In this document: in pieces, positions 63,163-64,000 of the stretch
How positions within the stretch are numbered: the first letter of the stretch is position 1
How the letters are laid out: the number at the start of each line of letters is the position of its first letter
NCBI GenBank assembly: GCA_030264375.1
Contig: JASCQW010000119.1
Coordinates: 30,711,359-30,775,358 of the forward strand
DNA from: Carcharhinus longimanus
Taxonomy: Eukaryota
Direction of reading: 5' to 3'
DNA length: 64,000 bases
The notes under the pieces: generated by a model
What the model was told of the DNA's origin: nothing
The model's input: only the letters and a program-made list of their open reading frames with translations
Database searches by the model: none
Translations under genes and position numbers: made by a program

Positions 63163-63490
63163 GGGCAGCACCGTGGCACAGTGATTAGCACCGCTGCCTC
63201 TCAGTGCTCGGGGCCCGGGTTCAATTCCAGCCTCAGGTGACTGTTTGTGTGAAGCTTGCAAATTGTCCCCGTGATTGTGTGGGTTTCCTCTGGGAACTCT
63301 GGTTTTTCTCACACTCTAAAGATGTGTGGGTTAGGCTGATTGACCTTGATAAATAGCCCCTTAGTGTCAGTGGGATTAGCAGGATAAATACGTGGAATTA
63401 TAGGGATAGGGCAGGTGTGGGATTATTGTCAGTACAGGCTCAATGGATCAAAACAATGGATCCTTCTGCACTATAAGGGTTCTATGATTT
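63163..63490 (+). mobile_element. HE1-type V-SINE with CR1 tail
   Basis: Head gggcagcaccgtggcacagtgattagcacc; tail ccttctgcactataagggttctatga. Confidence 0.9.
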
Positions 63491-63707
63491 TTGGTGGGGC
63501 TGGAAGATCCTGGCGGGCGGTGCGAGTAAATCCTGTCCTTTGTCTCCAGAATGGAAAATTCCACCCATGGGTGGAAGATCATTCATAATTTTTTAAAAAG
63601 ATGGTAGCATTACTTGTTGAAATAGACTTTGCAAGATATCAAATTTAACTTTGAGAATGATTGTCTAACCTCAGCAATTGGTATGAATAGTGATTGAGTT
63701 AAATAAA

Positions 63708-63979
63708 GGTTGGGATTTTCCTAGCCCACTGTTCTGCTCAAATAGCACAGCGGGACTCCCCACTGATGGATTGGCACATGCACAGTGGCCCACTCAGCGC
63801 ACATATTCCAGCTACTCCTGTGGGATTAGCCCCATCCCCCCAACATTTATTGGCATGAAACTTCCTGATGCACAGAGTGTTGGAGATTCATTCAGTTAAG
63901 AACACCCAAAAAACAGGCAGGATAATCTCCCATTTTTTCATCCACTGGGCATTTAATTTTTTTTGGGAGAATCCCAGCC
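63708..63979. mobile_element. Harbinger-type MITE, TSD AAA
   Basis: aaa|ggttgggattttcc ... gggagaatcccagcc|aaa. Confidence 0.65.
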
Positions 63980-64000
63980 AAAATACCCACCACCACTTAT

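Noticed and set aside
1-64000. CRISPR array, operon or other prokaryotic/viral system
   Set aside because: No regularly spaced repeats and no gene-dense region; the content is vertebrate TE-rich non-coding DNA.

Overview
This is eukaryotic, AT-rich vertebrate DNA from a gapped (N-run) draft assembly. The repeat content (HE1-type V-SINEs with CR1 tails, SacSINE1-like DeuSINEs, Rex1/Babar, L2, RTE, Penelope-like, Gypsy and PIF/Harbinger relics) points to a shark, possibly carcharhiniform; that is an inference. I found no host protein-coding exon, RNA gene or intact autonomous element. The ORFs I could assign are decayed TE fragments or chance ORFs in SINEs. The window reads as a large intron or gene desert, with nested TE layers between repeat-poor blocks that may be conserved enhancers. 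Most worth a second look: (1) decayed minimal hammerhead-ribozyme motifs in Penelope-like terminal repeats; (2) a circularly permuted local duplication (A-B at 29.9-30.6 kb, B-A at 33.7-34.3 kb); (3) a two-LTR Gypsy with gag fused to the integrase tail; (4) two Harbinger relics whose Myb/SANT genes appear to share an intron position, plus a hairpin MITE family with varied 3-bp TSDs; (5) three SINE/LINE tail partnerships, including one SINE head with two tails. I cannot support a wholly new biological system. Coordinates are read by eye (about +/-20 bp unless termini are quoted) and family names come from recall, not a database search.
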